Of a DNA stretch of 64,000 bases, positions 25,264-36,079 are shown piece after piece. Position numbers and translations under genes: made by a program. The stretch's first letter is position 1; every line of letters begins with the position of its first letter. Under the pieces are notes generated by a model, which was not told the DNA's origin, ran no database searches, and was given only the letters and a program-made list of their open reading frames with translations. The DNA is from Selaginella moellendorffii (lineage: Eukaryota; Plantae; Lycopodiophyta), in NCBI RefSeq assembly GCF_000143415.4, contig NW_003314275.1:1555955-1619954 (forward strand). Reading direction: 5' to 3'.

Positions 25264-25347
25264 ATGGCAAAAATTCATCTTGTGCTTATAGCTTTCCAGC
25301 TTTTACTAATTTCATTTATGGTCTCAATGGCACTTGGAATAGATTAA
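25264..25347 (+). pseudogene. Signal-peptide-only ORF, probably a relic of a secreted-protein gene
   Basis: MAKIHLVLIAFQLLLISFMVSMALGID*, good start context (acaATGGC) and TATATAAA at ~25221. Confidence 0.4.
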
Positions 25348-25916
25348 TTAATTTACATCTCTAACTAAAGCTTTTAATTCAAATTTCTAGACACTAGTTG
25401 ATCTAGGCTAGGATTCATTAAAACAAACTTCTGATGCATGCGAAATCATTTAGAGAAATAGTTAGACAAATTAAACATTCCTCAATGCATTCACATTTAA
25501 TAATGAAATATTAGAAGTTATGTACATATACGACTTAAATTAAGGAATTTGAACAATAAATACCAAATTTCATCACACTCTCAAAATTGTAGATGACAAA
25601 ATCATACAAAATGTGCTTCAAGGGAATAAACACACAAACAAAAAAAAAAAAAAAACTAGTAAATGTAATGCAAATGCTACTAAAAACAGAAAATATTTAA
25701 TGTTATTATTGTTACTATAGAATTTTAGACAAATAACACATCCTATCAAACCAAAATAAAAATCAAAAGTTTGGTTTCTCTTTTGGTTTGCTAGGAAGTG
25801 TTATTTGTCTATATTCTATCTATCTATCTATCTATATATATATTTATATTGTATCGATAATAATAGTAATAGCAATACATCACTACAATTCTATTTTCTA
25901 TTTTCTTGGATTTCCA

Positions 25917-26453
25917 ATGATAAAGCTCCCTAGTTTGATGATCTTTCTCTTGGCAATGGTTTATACTTGCAGTGCACCCCCACCTGCTCCACAGCAAGGG
26001 TTGTTTAGGTATTTGCTCGGATATGACTTGCTCACTGTAGAGCAAGTGAGAGAACTCATGGCCGAAATTATCCAACGTGTACGGGACCTGCGTCTGCACC
26101 AGGTGAGAGTAGGGCAGCCCATCACATGGGTGGCTACGCTTGCAGGAAATGTGCGGGTGTGGGTGGAGGTCCGGGTGACAAACCAGATATGGCGTGAAGA
26201 TGCCGCGGGTGGAATATGCTCGGTTCCGTCAAACCGGCTTGTGTACCCATTTGATGACATGCTAACCAGTGTTTTCGACATGTCTCGATCTGTTTTGGAT
26301 CAACTGTATGATCGGCAACACTGGTATGGCATTGTGGAAGTTGTGCTCAATGCATTTGGGATACAGTATCGTATCGAAAGGCAGAGGGACAGAGACACAA
26401 CTTTAGAAATTGATCAGGGTGTGAAGCTCTTTCGGCAATGCCCTGCACACTGA
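25917..26453 (+). CDS. Orphan secreted protein, 178 aa, single exon
   Basis: Intact ORF, clearly more GC-rich than its AT-rich flanks. Signal peptide MIKLPSLMIFLLAMVYTCSA followed by a globular alpha/beta-looking mature part. No family recognised. Confidence 0.7.
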   Translation: MIKLPSLMIFLLAMVYTCSAPPPAPQQGLFRYLLGYDLLTVEQVRELMAEIIQRVRDLRLHQVRVGQPITWVATLAGNVRVWVEVRVTNQIWREDAAGGICSVPSNRLVYPFDDMLTSVFDMSRSVLDQLYDRQHWYGIVEVVLNAFGIQYRIERQRDRDTTLEIDQGVKLFRQCPAH

Positions 26454-27416
26454 AGGGTGGAATACCTTTTGTTATAATAATACAAGTTTTTGGGGTTTGT
26501 CTAGACACTAGGGGTAAAAGGATACCTCCAACACTCCTCTTGTTCTTGACTTATGGTTTTTAAAAATATAGATAAGTTTGCTTTCTTTTGCAAAATCCCT
26601 ATAGTATGTTCTAGAGTGTCAATTGATCCTTGGCCTCTCTCGGCATAACATCCAAAACTTTCCTCCTGAGTCCACTCCATTATCTTGTTCTAGAGGGGAA
26701 ATGAATCTAGGCCATGGTGTTGATGCAAGCCTCCAAATCCTTAGGTGTGTAATGACAAATTTCTTCTTTATATTGCCACACAACTTACACTTGGGCTCCA
26801 AATCCTTGCTTTAGTAACACTTCTTTAAGATTGACATTATATTTTGAGGAAATTTTTTATTTGCTTAAGCAAACCGAGTGGATATATTTAAAATATATAT
26901 GCAGTTGTTATTCATTTAAATTAATACCGTATTTATAATTTATAAACATTTTTACAATTTATAAACTTTCCTAAACACTTCCTGGTTGTCTTTGCACCAA
27001 TTAATGCCATTGTTTTGATTTTATATGCTTCACAGTCATGCACACTAAACTTGGCGTCTCTCTCCTAGCCGGCTGGAAAACAAGAGGGGAAGGGATCCCG
27101 AGAGATGTATAGGTATTTCAAAGAATCAAGGCTCTTGGTCCGCACCCCCATCAGCCTCACAAATCTCAGTTTAGAGGGAGGGAGGAGCAGAAAATGTAAA
27201 GTTTCTCGAGTGCTGGTCGCCACTTCGCCTTGGTTGTGCGCTTCAAAGAGAAACTGAAACGACATCAATGCGGAGCGCAAGCCAATACGTTCATCATGTC
27301 ATGGCTTCTGGCTCAGGCTCTGTTTCAATCCAAGGACCATTGAGGCATTACTCTTGGCTCATTTTAGATCTTGCGTAGTCTTTTGGTTGATATCACTAAG
27401 CAATTGATCTCGTTTA

Positions 27417-28084
27417 CTTTTGGGATCAGTAGTTTATCTTCTCTTCATGCTGCTGGAAGAGTCACGAATGACGAAGGTAGAGAAAAATGGATCTCATGTC
27501 TAAAGCTCTCCAGAAAAATTTCCTTTCGCTGGCATTTAGAAAGCTGACGGGGGCGGTTTGTTCAGAACTTTGGAAAAGACATGATCTGCGTTGAAACTAT
27601 TCTCGCAGCATCCTTCTTTTGGCAAAAACACTCGATGCTATCTGTGACTCGCGAGGTGATCCACCAAGTGTTTGATCTACTTCCAATGTTGTTCTACTTT
27701 TCTACTTGGTTTTTTCATTCCAATCATTTATTCCATCGGATTGCTTGGAGAATGCGTGAAAAGCGAGCCTTGGCTGCAGCGGCTTTGCAACCATTTTTCG
27801 TGAGTAAAAGCTCCTCGTTCGAAATCTGTTTTGCTAAGGGCATTGCTCTTTGGTGTTTTAATCTGTCGATTTGGAAGCTTCTAGCAAATCGAAGAATATA
27901 TGCCTGGGAGTGCGGTCCAATCACAGCCATCTTTTTAGGCATTTGTTTCATACAGCTCGATTCTTCCACTTTTTTCTATTGTTGCGCTCTCAAAGCAGCA
28001 TCAAAACGAGCGGTGGCTAGCGCAGGAACTTCGAAGATCACAAGCTTTTCCGCGAGGCCGCGCTATCGAAGGATTCGTGAAAGA
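27417..28084 (+). pseudogene. Degenerate partial duplicate of RNASEH2B (3' two-thirds, intron sequence partly retained)
   Basis: Colinear similarity to ~19610-20635 (ctgctggaagagtcacgaatgac, gtgaaaagcgagccttggctgcagcggctttgcaaccat, ggaacttc(t/g)aagatcacaagctttt). Many deletions; PIP box changed FF to FS; stop codon lost. Confidence 0.92.
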
Positions 28085-29235
28085 AAGATTTCTGTAAGAT
28101 GGTACCATTGTAGCTTCTCTCTTAGCCTTGGCTATGGCGGAAACGAAGAAGACGAAGAAATCAACAATGGTGGCCGTGGCAACGGGTCTCTCGCTGCTCT
28201 TGGATGCCAAGAGCCATGGAGAAGCAGCGCGCGCATCGGTCGTCGAGACTGGGGCTGCATTGGATCTCTCCGTGACGATCCGGCGAAACCACCGGCGATT
28301 CAAGGTGAAGATCACGCTCGAAGGAGCTAGGAAATTCTTGGGTTCCAGCAGCAGCATCAGCACTCGCTGGAAGATCATAGGAATCCTCACCCTGGACTGA
28401 GAAATCGACGAATTCACGAAGCTCCATCGCTTCCCCTGTTTCTATTCTAGGTCAGAATATCCCTTTAGGGCTCCAACGTAAATATCCAGTCGAATATACC
28501 ACATTCAAGCCGAGCAGCAGCCAATTGGCAGCGCGCCGCGGTGGGGAATATGCCATCACATGGAAAGCGTTGGATGCCCAAAGATGCCCAAATACTCTCT
28601 CTCTGGATGGATGAATGGGGTGGGTGTAGTATCCTGACACGTAGTTAATGAGCGCGTATGATAAGGCTTTGGAGCTTTTTTTTCACCTGGGCTAAAGTAG
28701 AAATCCTGCTATTTTTATCTTTTACTGGGTGTTCGTTTGGTAAAGTCTACAGGGTGTAGGAGGTGAGAAGTAGTGGCAGTGTGGTGAGTGATTTGTGCGT
28801 TGCTTGAATCATGCTGAGTGGAAGCACTGAAAATGGAAGTGGAAGACGAGGAACAAGAGCTATGGTGGGAGGAGGGATTTAGTTGAGCATAACTTCTAGA
28901 ACCGAGAAAGGAAAAAGAAGGAAAAAACAATGACTTACCTCCAATCCAAATGCCAGTGCCACCAGCGAAGAACTCCAAGTAAGTAGCCGAGCAGGGGAGT
29001 CGCGTTCCTTCGTCCTGCCTGCTAGGAAGGAGATCGATCGATCGATCGAGAAGAAGAGTAAAAAGAGAAGAAGAAGAGATCATACCATCACTGCTGCTGG
29101 TGGTGTTGCTGCTGCTACCGGGAGGAACCATCTCCCCCCTTGAATCCCCTTCTTGCTTCTCGTCCTCCAAACTCATTGATTGTACCGAGAGCCTTTAAAG
29201 TCCCCTGCTTTGCTCGTCTCTGGAGTTCTTCGAGG

Positions 29236-31449
29236 ATGGGCGATGCGAATCCTCACACTGCTGTCGCTGCTGCTGCTGCTACTGCCACTGCCACTGCTGC
29301 TACAAATGAGAATGCAGTCGACGACGTCCACAAGATATCTCGCCTCTCCTCTGTCGTCCCCAATGGAGTGATCATCAAAGCTTCCCAGGTCGCCATGGAC
29401 TCGCCTTACAAGTCCCCCCGCCTCCGGACTTACGAGATCGAGGTCCGGAACCTTTACTACAAGATCATCAAGCGGACCGACCGGAGCGGCTGCTTCCCTG
29501 GAGCTCGATTCTTCCAACGCCACCATCACCACCACCACCACCACCGTCGCCACCACCACCACCAGGCCAGGTACATTCTTAGGAACGTTAGCTGCGTAGC
29601 TAGGCCCGGAGAGATTCTAGCAGTAGCAGGACCCAGTGGAGCCGGCAAATCCACATTGCTCGAGGTTCTCGCCGGGAGAATTCACCCAAGTCACGGACCA
29701 TCTTCGTCCGTGAGCACCGTCAGCCCCAAGAACAGCAGCATTCTCGTCAACAACCAGCCGATCGACTTCGAGCACTTCCGGCGCGTCTCCGGCTACGTCA
29801 TGCAGCACGACGCGCTGTTTCCACTGCTCACGGTCCACGAGACGCTGCTCTTCAGTGCTCAACTCCGGCTGCCTTCGTCGCTCCCCAAGGCCGAGAAGGC
29901 GGCCCGAGTTGAAGCTCTCATGGGAGAGCTCGGGCTCCTCCACGTAGCCGGCTCGCGGATCGGCAACGAGAACGTCCGGGGCGTGTCGGGTGGCGAGCGG
30001 CGGCGAGTTTCCATCGGAGTTGACGTGATCCACGACCCGGCTGTTCTTCTCCTGGACGAGCCAACATCCGGACTGGACAGTGCTGGAGCGCTCCAAGTTA
30101 TCGGGATGCTCAACAACATGGCGGAGTCACACGGCCGGACAATAATTCTCAGCATCCACCAGCCTGGTTTCCGGATCCTCCAGCTGATCCACAACATCCT
30201 GCTGCTAGCGAACGGAGCCGTCATCCACCATGGTTCTATCGGCCTGCTCGCGACCAGGCTCCAGGAGGCCGGCCACCGGATCCCCCAGCAAGTGAACGTT
30301 CTCGAGTATGCCATCGACACCATCGACCTGTTCGAAGCCGAGAAGAGTGGCATTATCGGAAGCACAACTCTGGGAACGACGAGGAGTAAAGTTGGCCTCC
30401 AAGGATCGCTCCAGGACCTGTTCCTTATGTCCGGCCAGCTGAATGGAGATCATGATCCTGCTGCCGCTGCTAGTGCTGCTGCTGCTGCCGCCGCCGCTGC
30501 TGGCGATGGCGGTGACGTCGAAATGGCGCTGGACGAAGTCACCTCCGAGGTGTCCGACGTAAACTCTCCGGGCCCCGAGGAGACGCACCTCGACTACGCG
30601 AACTCTCGGTTCCAGGAGATCATGGTTCTGTCCAACCGCTTCAGCAAGAACATCATCCGGACGAGGCAGCTCTTCGCGGCACGGACGCTCCAGGCTGCGG
30701 TGGCCGGTCTCGGGCTTGGCTCGATCTTCTTGCGACTGTCCCACAACAAGGGAGGAATCCAGGAACGCTACGGCTTCTTCGCGTTCACTCTCACGTTCCT
30801 GCTGTCTTCGACCACCGAGGCGCTTCCGCTCTATCTCCAGGAGAAGCAGATCCTCATGAGAGAGACGTCCCGAGGCGCGTATCGAGTCTCCTCGTACGTG
30901 ATCTCCAACACTCTCGTCTTCCTCCCGTTCCTGCTCGTCTGCTCCTTGCTCTACTCGGCTCCAACGTACTGGCTGGTCGGACTGAACCCGTGCATCTCGT
31001 CCTATCTCTTCTTCGTGCTCGTTGTGTGGCTCATTGTCGTCATGGCCAACTCCTTCGTCGCCTTCTTCAGCGCTCTCGTCCCGAACTTCATCATGGGCTA
31101 CTCCCTCATCTCCGGCAGCATCGGGGCCTTCTTCCTCTTCTCTGGATACTTCATCGCCAAGGACAGCATCCCGGAGTACTGGATCTTCATGCACTACATC
31201 TCGCTGTTCAAGTACCCTCTGGATGCGCTGCTCATCAACGAATACTCGTCGCCACCGAACAAGTCGAGCTGCTACGGAGAGATGGTGGCTGGAAAGTGCA
31301 CGCTCTCGGGTCGCGACGTGCTCGTCCAGGCTGCTCTCGAGAACGACAGCAAGTGGCTCGACGTTGGTGTCATGATCGGCTTTGCGATTGCGTACCGCTG
31401 CCTGTGCTGCCTCGTGCTGGGGCTCAAGACGAGGCAGAAGAAACAGTAG
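29236..31449 (+). CDS. ABCG (WBC) half-size ABC transporter, intronless
   Basis: Walker A GPSGAGKS, signature VSGGERRRV, Walker B LLLDEPTSGLDS, H-loop SIHQP; NBD precedes the TMD; first in-frame ATG at 29236. Confidence 0.95.
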   Translation: MGDANPHTAVAAAAATATATAATNENAVDDVHKISRLSSVVPNGVIIKASQVAMDSPYKSPRLRTYEIEVRNLYYKIIKRTDRSGCFPGARFFQRHHHHHHHHRRHHHHQARYILRNVSCVARPGEILAVAGPSGAGKSTLLEVLAGRIHPSHGPSSSVSTVSPKNSSILVNNQPIDFEHFRRVSGYVMQHDALFPLLTVHETLLFSAQLRLPSSLPKAEKAARVEALMGELGLLHVAGSRIGNENVRGVSGGERRRVSIGVDVIHDPAVLLLDEPTSGLDSAGALQVIGMLNNMAESHGRTIILSIHQPGFRILQLIHNILLLANGAVIHHGSIGLLATRLQEAGHRIPQQVNVLEYAIDTIDLFEAEKSGIIGSTTLGTTRSKVGLQGSLQDLFLMSGQLNGDHDPAAAASAAAAAAAAAGDGGDVEMALDEVTSEVSDVNSPGPEETHLDYANSRFQEIMVLSNRFSKNIIRTRQLFAARTLQAAVAGLGLGSIFLRLSHNKGGIQERYGFFAFTLTFLLSSTTEALPLYLQEKQILMRETSRGAYRVSSYVISNTLVFLPFLLVCSLLYSAPTYWLVGLNPCISSYLFFVLVVWLIVVMANSFVAFFSALVPNFIMGYSLISGSIGAFFLFSGYFIAKDSIPEYWIFMHYISLFKYPLDALLINEYSSPPNKSSCYGEMVAGKCTLSGRDVLVQAALENDSKWLDVGVMIGFAIAYRCLCCLVLGLKTRQKKQ

Positions 31450-32014
31450 CTTAGCTTTGTTGGTCAGTAGCACATGAACGCATTCCTTGTGCTTTCGAGT
31501 TCTAGTTCTTGTCGCTGCGATCGATTGTCAGCCTGCCAACTTAGAAAGCAATTCTTGCTGGATACCTCTTTACAACTGTAGTCCATGTGTTGCGACGACT
31601 AAATACGCCTTGGAAGTAAGAGAGGATCGGGCTTAAGAAGTTCTGCCGAGTTCGAGTTCCTTCCAAGCTTCCATTGAAAAGTTATTCCAGCTCGTCTTCA
31701 AGCATGAGACAAGGACCATAAAGATGGATACCTGGAGCACTGCTTCGGTTGATGTGGATCCATCGCGAAGTAAACCACAACGACATCGTAAACACAGAGA
31801 CGATTACGTCGGTAACATCACGCTTCGTCCTCAAGGGAAAGGGACTCTGAAAAACACTTCAATAGGCTCCATGAATGAACAAAGAACTAGAAAGCGTCGA
31901 GCCAATCTTCCTGCTGAGCTTGGATGAGTTTGGATGTTCCAAGCGATTAAAGGTGGAACCATGAGAACACAAAAATAGGAAACCAGAACCATGGCATAAT
32001 TGCTAACCAGTTTT

Positions 32015-32270
32015 TCATGCTTTTCGTGTGATTGATATCGCCATTCAAAACCTTCAAGAAATCGAGAACCGTGTAAACGATGCTGGACTTCTCACAAGTG
32101 ATCTCCACTTCCAGGAGCATCGATCCCTTCTTCCAAAACTTGATCGCCATCCCAAAGTCTACTGGATCAAACCGAGTAAGTCGAGCTGCTATGGTGGCTG
32201 GGAGTTGTGCACGCTCTCGAGTCGTGATGCTGCTCGTGCTCGACGTTGGTGTTTTGATCGCTGCCGCTCC
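32015..32270 (+). pseudogene. Collapsed fragmentary copy of the 3' end of the neighbouring ABCG gene
   Basis: aagtcgagctgcta..tggtggctgg..gtgcacgctctcg.gtcg.ga..gctcgacgttggtgt..tgatcg matches ~31260-31400, and tactggatc matches ~31177, with many internal deletions. The 5' boundary is approximate. Confidence 0.8.
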
Positions 32271-32601
32271 AGAGAAATGGGAGCTAGATTTGCAATATTT
32301 TTGCTTGTCACAAAGGATCTGGCAGGACTTTCTTAAGCAAAATCTCTTAGAAAAATTCATGAGACCAGGTTGAGCGGGATGATGGAACACCGCTACGGTT
32401 GAAGCAAATCGAACGTAGCATAGTAACTCACTCTAAAGAGGTAAACATAAGCGCATCTTTCGTTTATAAGTTTTGAGAAGTGTACATCGCTCTTCAAGAT
32501 ATGAACACTACAAAAACGAAAGAAACATCCTTAGAACAACAAAAGCCTTGTAAAGAAGGAGCCAAACCTCAAAGGCTCAAGCGTCTTCGTAGGCTTGACT
32601 G

Positions 32602-33962
32602 CTACAAAGGTACCGCTGACTTCAAAGAGGATGCCGCTTCCTTGATCTGCTCGATCGTCAACACCCCGAAGATGGAATCGTCCAGAACAGCTTTCACTGC
32701 AGCTCCAGCAACGTCTTCAACGCTAACGGGAGCGCTGAGAAGCACATCCGAGCCAGGGATGGACTTGAGAGGACTGATGAAATTCTCAGCCGAGGTGAGG
32801 AACTTATCCAAAGGCTTGCCGATGATGTCGAGCGGAACGTCGACTCCATTTATCCGTCTCTTGCCGTAAATGAAACCAGGTCGAAGAACAGTGCCTGCCA
32901 GAACCATCAAGGCACTTGTGATGAGAAACTTATGAAACGTTTACCCGAGCCTGGAAACTTGGACAAGACCTCCGCTTCCGCCTTCCTCTTCCCAGTGAAG
33001 TATCCAAGCGAATTCAACACGAAGAACGGAAGATTGTAGTCGTGAACCGAAACGTAGACGAACTTCGGTATGCCTGCGAGCTTCGAAATCTCAAAAACTA
33101 AAACCACAGCATGCCTCGGATCACTTACCAGCTTTGCATGCTTCACCAACGGCGATTATGTTAGCTTCTCCATTGATCTTCTCCATTTCTTCGTTCGTTC
33201 CGAAGCCTCCGATCGTGGATATCACCGCGGTTGCACCTTTGAGCAGAGAATTCCAGTCCGCGTAGAACACATTTCCTACAGAGAGACTTTCTCGTAAGAT
33301 AGCGAAACATCTAGAAGTTCTCCTATGGAAAAACATCCTGGTAACACGATAGAGAAACATCTCATAGCAGTAGAACATTACCTGAGACCCAGAGAACTTG
33401 ATCCACCCATGGGTCTGGGTATGAAGGTTTTCCAGACCTGGAAAAAAGAAAAGGAAGAAAGATCACCACCAAAACGAGCATAGAAATTTCTTTCGGTCCA
33501 GCACTAACCGGCTAAGGCTCGTTACATCGATTCCTTGCGCAATCGCGGCCTTACACACCGATGATCCCACAAAACCGCTGCCTCCAAGGACCACCACCTG
33601 CGAAGAACAACGAAGAACAATCAGCATTCTAGTAAAAAATTTCACTCCGACAGAAAAACGCAAACCTTCTCTGTGCGGACCTTAGCGACCACATCGATCG
33701 GTTCCGAGTACTTGCTTCCCGACGCGTAAGAACACGTCGATCGCATCCTCCTGGAATCTAGAACACGATCAAAAAATGCGAAGGGAGGAACGCCCAGCCA
33801 AAACCAAAACCTGCGAGAAATCTTCGTCGTGAGCACCGCATTTTTGCGAATCCGCCATTCCGCCGCGAGATTGGAGCTCCTGCCGCCGAGCCGCGATGGA
33901 ATGTCGTACGCACACAGCGGCCTGGAGGACGCGGGCGCTGGAACCCTAGAACACAAATCCAT
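32602..33962 (-). CDS. Plastid NAD(P)-binding Rossmann-fold protein (At1g32220-like), multi-exon
   Basis: VVVLGGSGFVGSSVCKAA..G.DV.SLSRSG, GATAVISTIGGFG....MEKINGEAN, GYFTGKRKAEAEVL, VLRPGFIYGKR; transit-peptide-like N-terminus. Confidence 0.9.
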
Positions 33963-34034
33963 AAGCGTTTTGGGGGAGAAGATACTCCCCCTTCCAAGTA
34001 CAAACTTTTAAAGTCATTCCAAGCTTCCACTTTT

Positions 34035-35954
34035 CTACTTCTTCTCTGGCCTTTGTTTGTGCCTCGTCAATCTCGCAACTTCGGCTCTACTGTCGATTCG
34101 ATCCGGCTGCTGTTTCAATCGCTTCGATTCCACCGCAGTCGTTTCCAGCTCTCTCTTTTTTGGAGTGATCGAAGGATGATCCTCTTCGGAGCTGTGCGCT
34201 AACTTTCTTACGCGGAGCTGGAGGTACAGGCCTTTCCTCCATTGCGTAACAGACTTTTGCTCGAAGCCGCCAGAATCCTGTCAAGAAAACGTAAGTTTGA
34301 GTCGCGAAACCGAGAAACTGAGAGATACCTGTCCAGCTTCGCCAGATAGCAGCTCGAACGCTCTGTTTGCGAGAAGTTTGGATTCAAACACAACGTGCAT
34401 CTGGCCTTTCTTGCCTTCCACTTTCTATCATCGACAAAACTCGCATTGGAAACCATACTCTCGAGAAAAGCTTCAAAGGCTTACCTCGATTGTACAGGGA
34501 ATGGTACCCGCCACTATTCTTCTGAGCTCGTCAGGTATCAGTCGGTGCGACATCTTGTGGATGAGAAGTCGACATGGATCCGAGCTTGGGAAATTTATCT
34601 GTAATCACGAGTCAGAATAAATCTCTTCAGCTCGCGAACATACTTTAACGTCGATGGTTCCATGTTCCAGTTGGTGCAGAATAAGCTTCATAGGAACGAT
34701 TGCATCGTCGATACACTTGTGAGTGCCAGTTTCCCGGAAATCGTAACCCAGTACGGCCTTCAAACAAAGCAAAGTCAGCTCTAATTTCGTAACAATGATA
34801 TACCTTGCAGAGATTTTGCAAACTAATCATAGCCAAGCCCTTGAGCCTGAAAAGCATGGACGTGTCAATGACTCTCCTATGATCAATTTTTAGAGCTGAA
34901 AGTAACGAACATGAGGCCTTGTTGAAGTTACTGCAAATAAAAAAAATACCTTTTAGATCATAAAATACGCTATGACCAACCAAAATAGTTCCAGGTTCTA
35001 GAAGCTTAGCCACCTCTTTCTGATAAATAGAGATGACAGTAGTAACGCTATGGTGTGTAAGCAAATTACCTGAATTTCCTCTTGAGTGCATGTTGCTTGT
35101 GCTATATCTTTTTTCTCCAATCCATGAATGTGAGTTATGTAGTCAATGACTTTCTTACTTGGCTTTACCAATGTATCAAGCACTGTCTAAAGCCTTCCAG
35201 CTTAGTGTCTTGAAATGGAGAAAAAACCAGCAAAGCGCACCTTGTTGTTTCGATCCACAATGCATACTTGCACGACTTGCTGCTCATAGCCTTCGCACAT
35301 TACCATCTCACAGTCGAGGGAAAGTAGCCTTTCAGGATAGCTAGCATCCGAGGACGATCCCCTTTTCGTGCATTTCCATCCCTGCGAGAAGAAAAACTGA
35401 GAAACACTTCGCGAGTGTTGAAAGAAATACCGGGAGAAAGGATGGAAAGTGGTATGACGTGAAGAAGAGAGGATGTTCATATGTCCGATCCACCAAGCAC
35501 TGTTCTGGCAAGAGGTGGAAAAATTTGTAAGGAAGAGCTTTGATTCACTAAGCACCTGCTCGGGAGTTTTCGACCAAGGATCACTAGCCTCTACTAGCTT
35601 AATGATCGCTAGCCGCTTCCTCCAGCGCTTCAAACGCTTCACCATCTACGGAGAAAGCTCGTCAATGGCACAGAATCTAAGAAGACAAAATTCCTACCTC
35701 ATTGTCAAATGTTCGCACAAACTCAGCCAAAACCTGCCATTTGTGCCGCTCAGGATCGCTCACCGCGCGGGAAAGACCTCTGGCCGCCAGGAAATCCGTC
35801 CATTCCCCCTTCGATCCACAGATTTTGAGCTGATGCGCGCTCTTCACGATCAAAACGAGGTTCTGCGACACAAGAAACCTCAAAAATGCGATCAAGAAGA
35901 GAATCCACCCTATACATCTCTGTCGTCCTCCGTGAAGGAGAGCGCATCGTCCAT
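34035..35954 (-). CDS. SDN: Small RNA degrading nuclease (SDN1/2/3-type DEDDh exonuclease), multi-exon
   Basis: G.KGEW.DFL..SDP N-domain; ExoI LDCEMV, ExoII LVGHSV..DL, IDTS, ExoIII HKCIDDA; last exon DSGGFEQK..LRVRK..KK* ends at 34035. Confidence 0.88.
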
Positions 35955-35963
35955 AGTCGTCAA

Positions 35964-36055
35964 AAACCCTAAACCAAGAAGTTTCAATCGACGGCTGCAA
36001 TTCAACCAATTCAATCCAATGCCAACGGCCCACATGAGTTTGATCCGACGGCCCA
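35964..36055 (-). promoter_or_regulatory. Telo-box plus two site II elements upstream of SDN
   Basis: AAACCCTAA at 35964-35972; GGCCCA at 36027-36032 and 36050-36055. Confidence 0.6.
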
Positions 36056-36079
36056 AATTCAAAGAGAGTAGCCCTAATC

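Noticed and set aside
27581-28330. 249-aa ORF as a new gene
   Set aside because: It reads off-frame through the RNASEH2B pseudogene, including former intron sequence
28450-28640. Possible MITE with gtcag(a/g)ata termini
   Set aside because: The inverted match is only about 9 bp with a mismatch, and there is no target-site duplication
30205-31473. 422-aa antisense ORF over the ABCG gene, and similar long antisense ORFs over ELF3, NPF, ClpB and syntaxin
   Set aside because: Shadow frames caused by GC-rich codon usage on the coding strand; no recognisable motifs
34087-34284. ORF-track frame as the last SDN exon
   Set aside because: Splice phase and the DSGGFEQK..RVRK similarity support another frame ending at 34035
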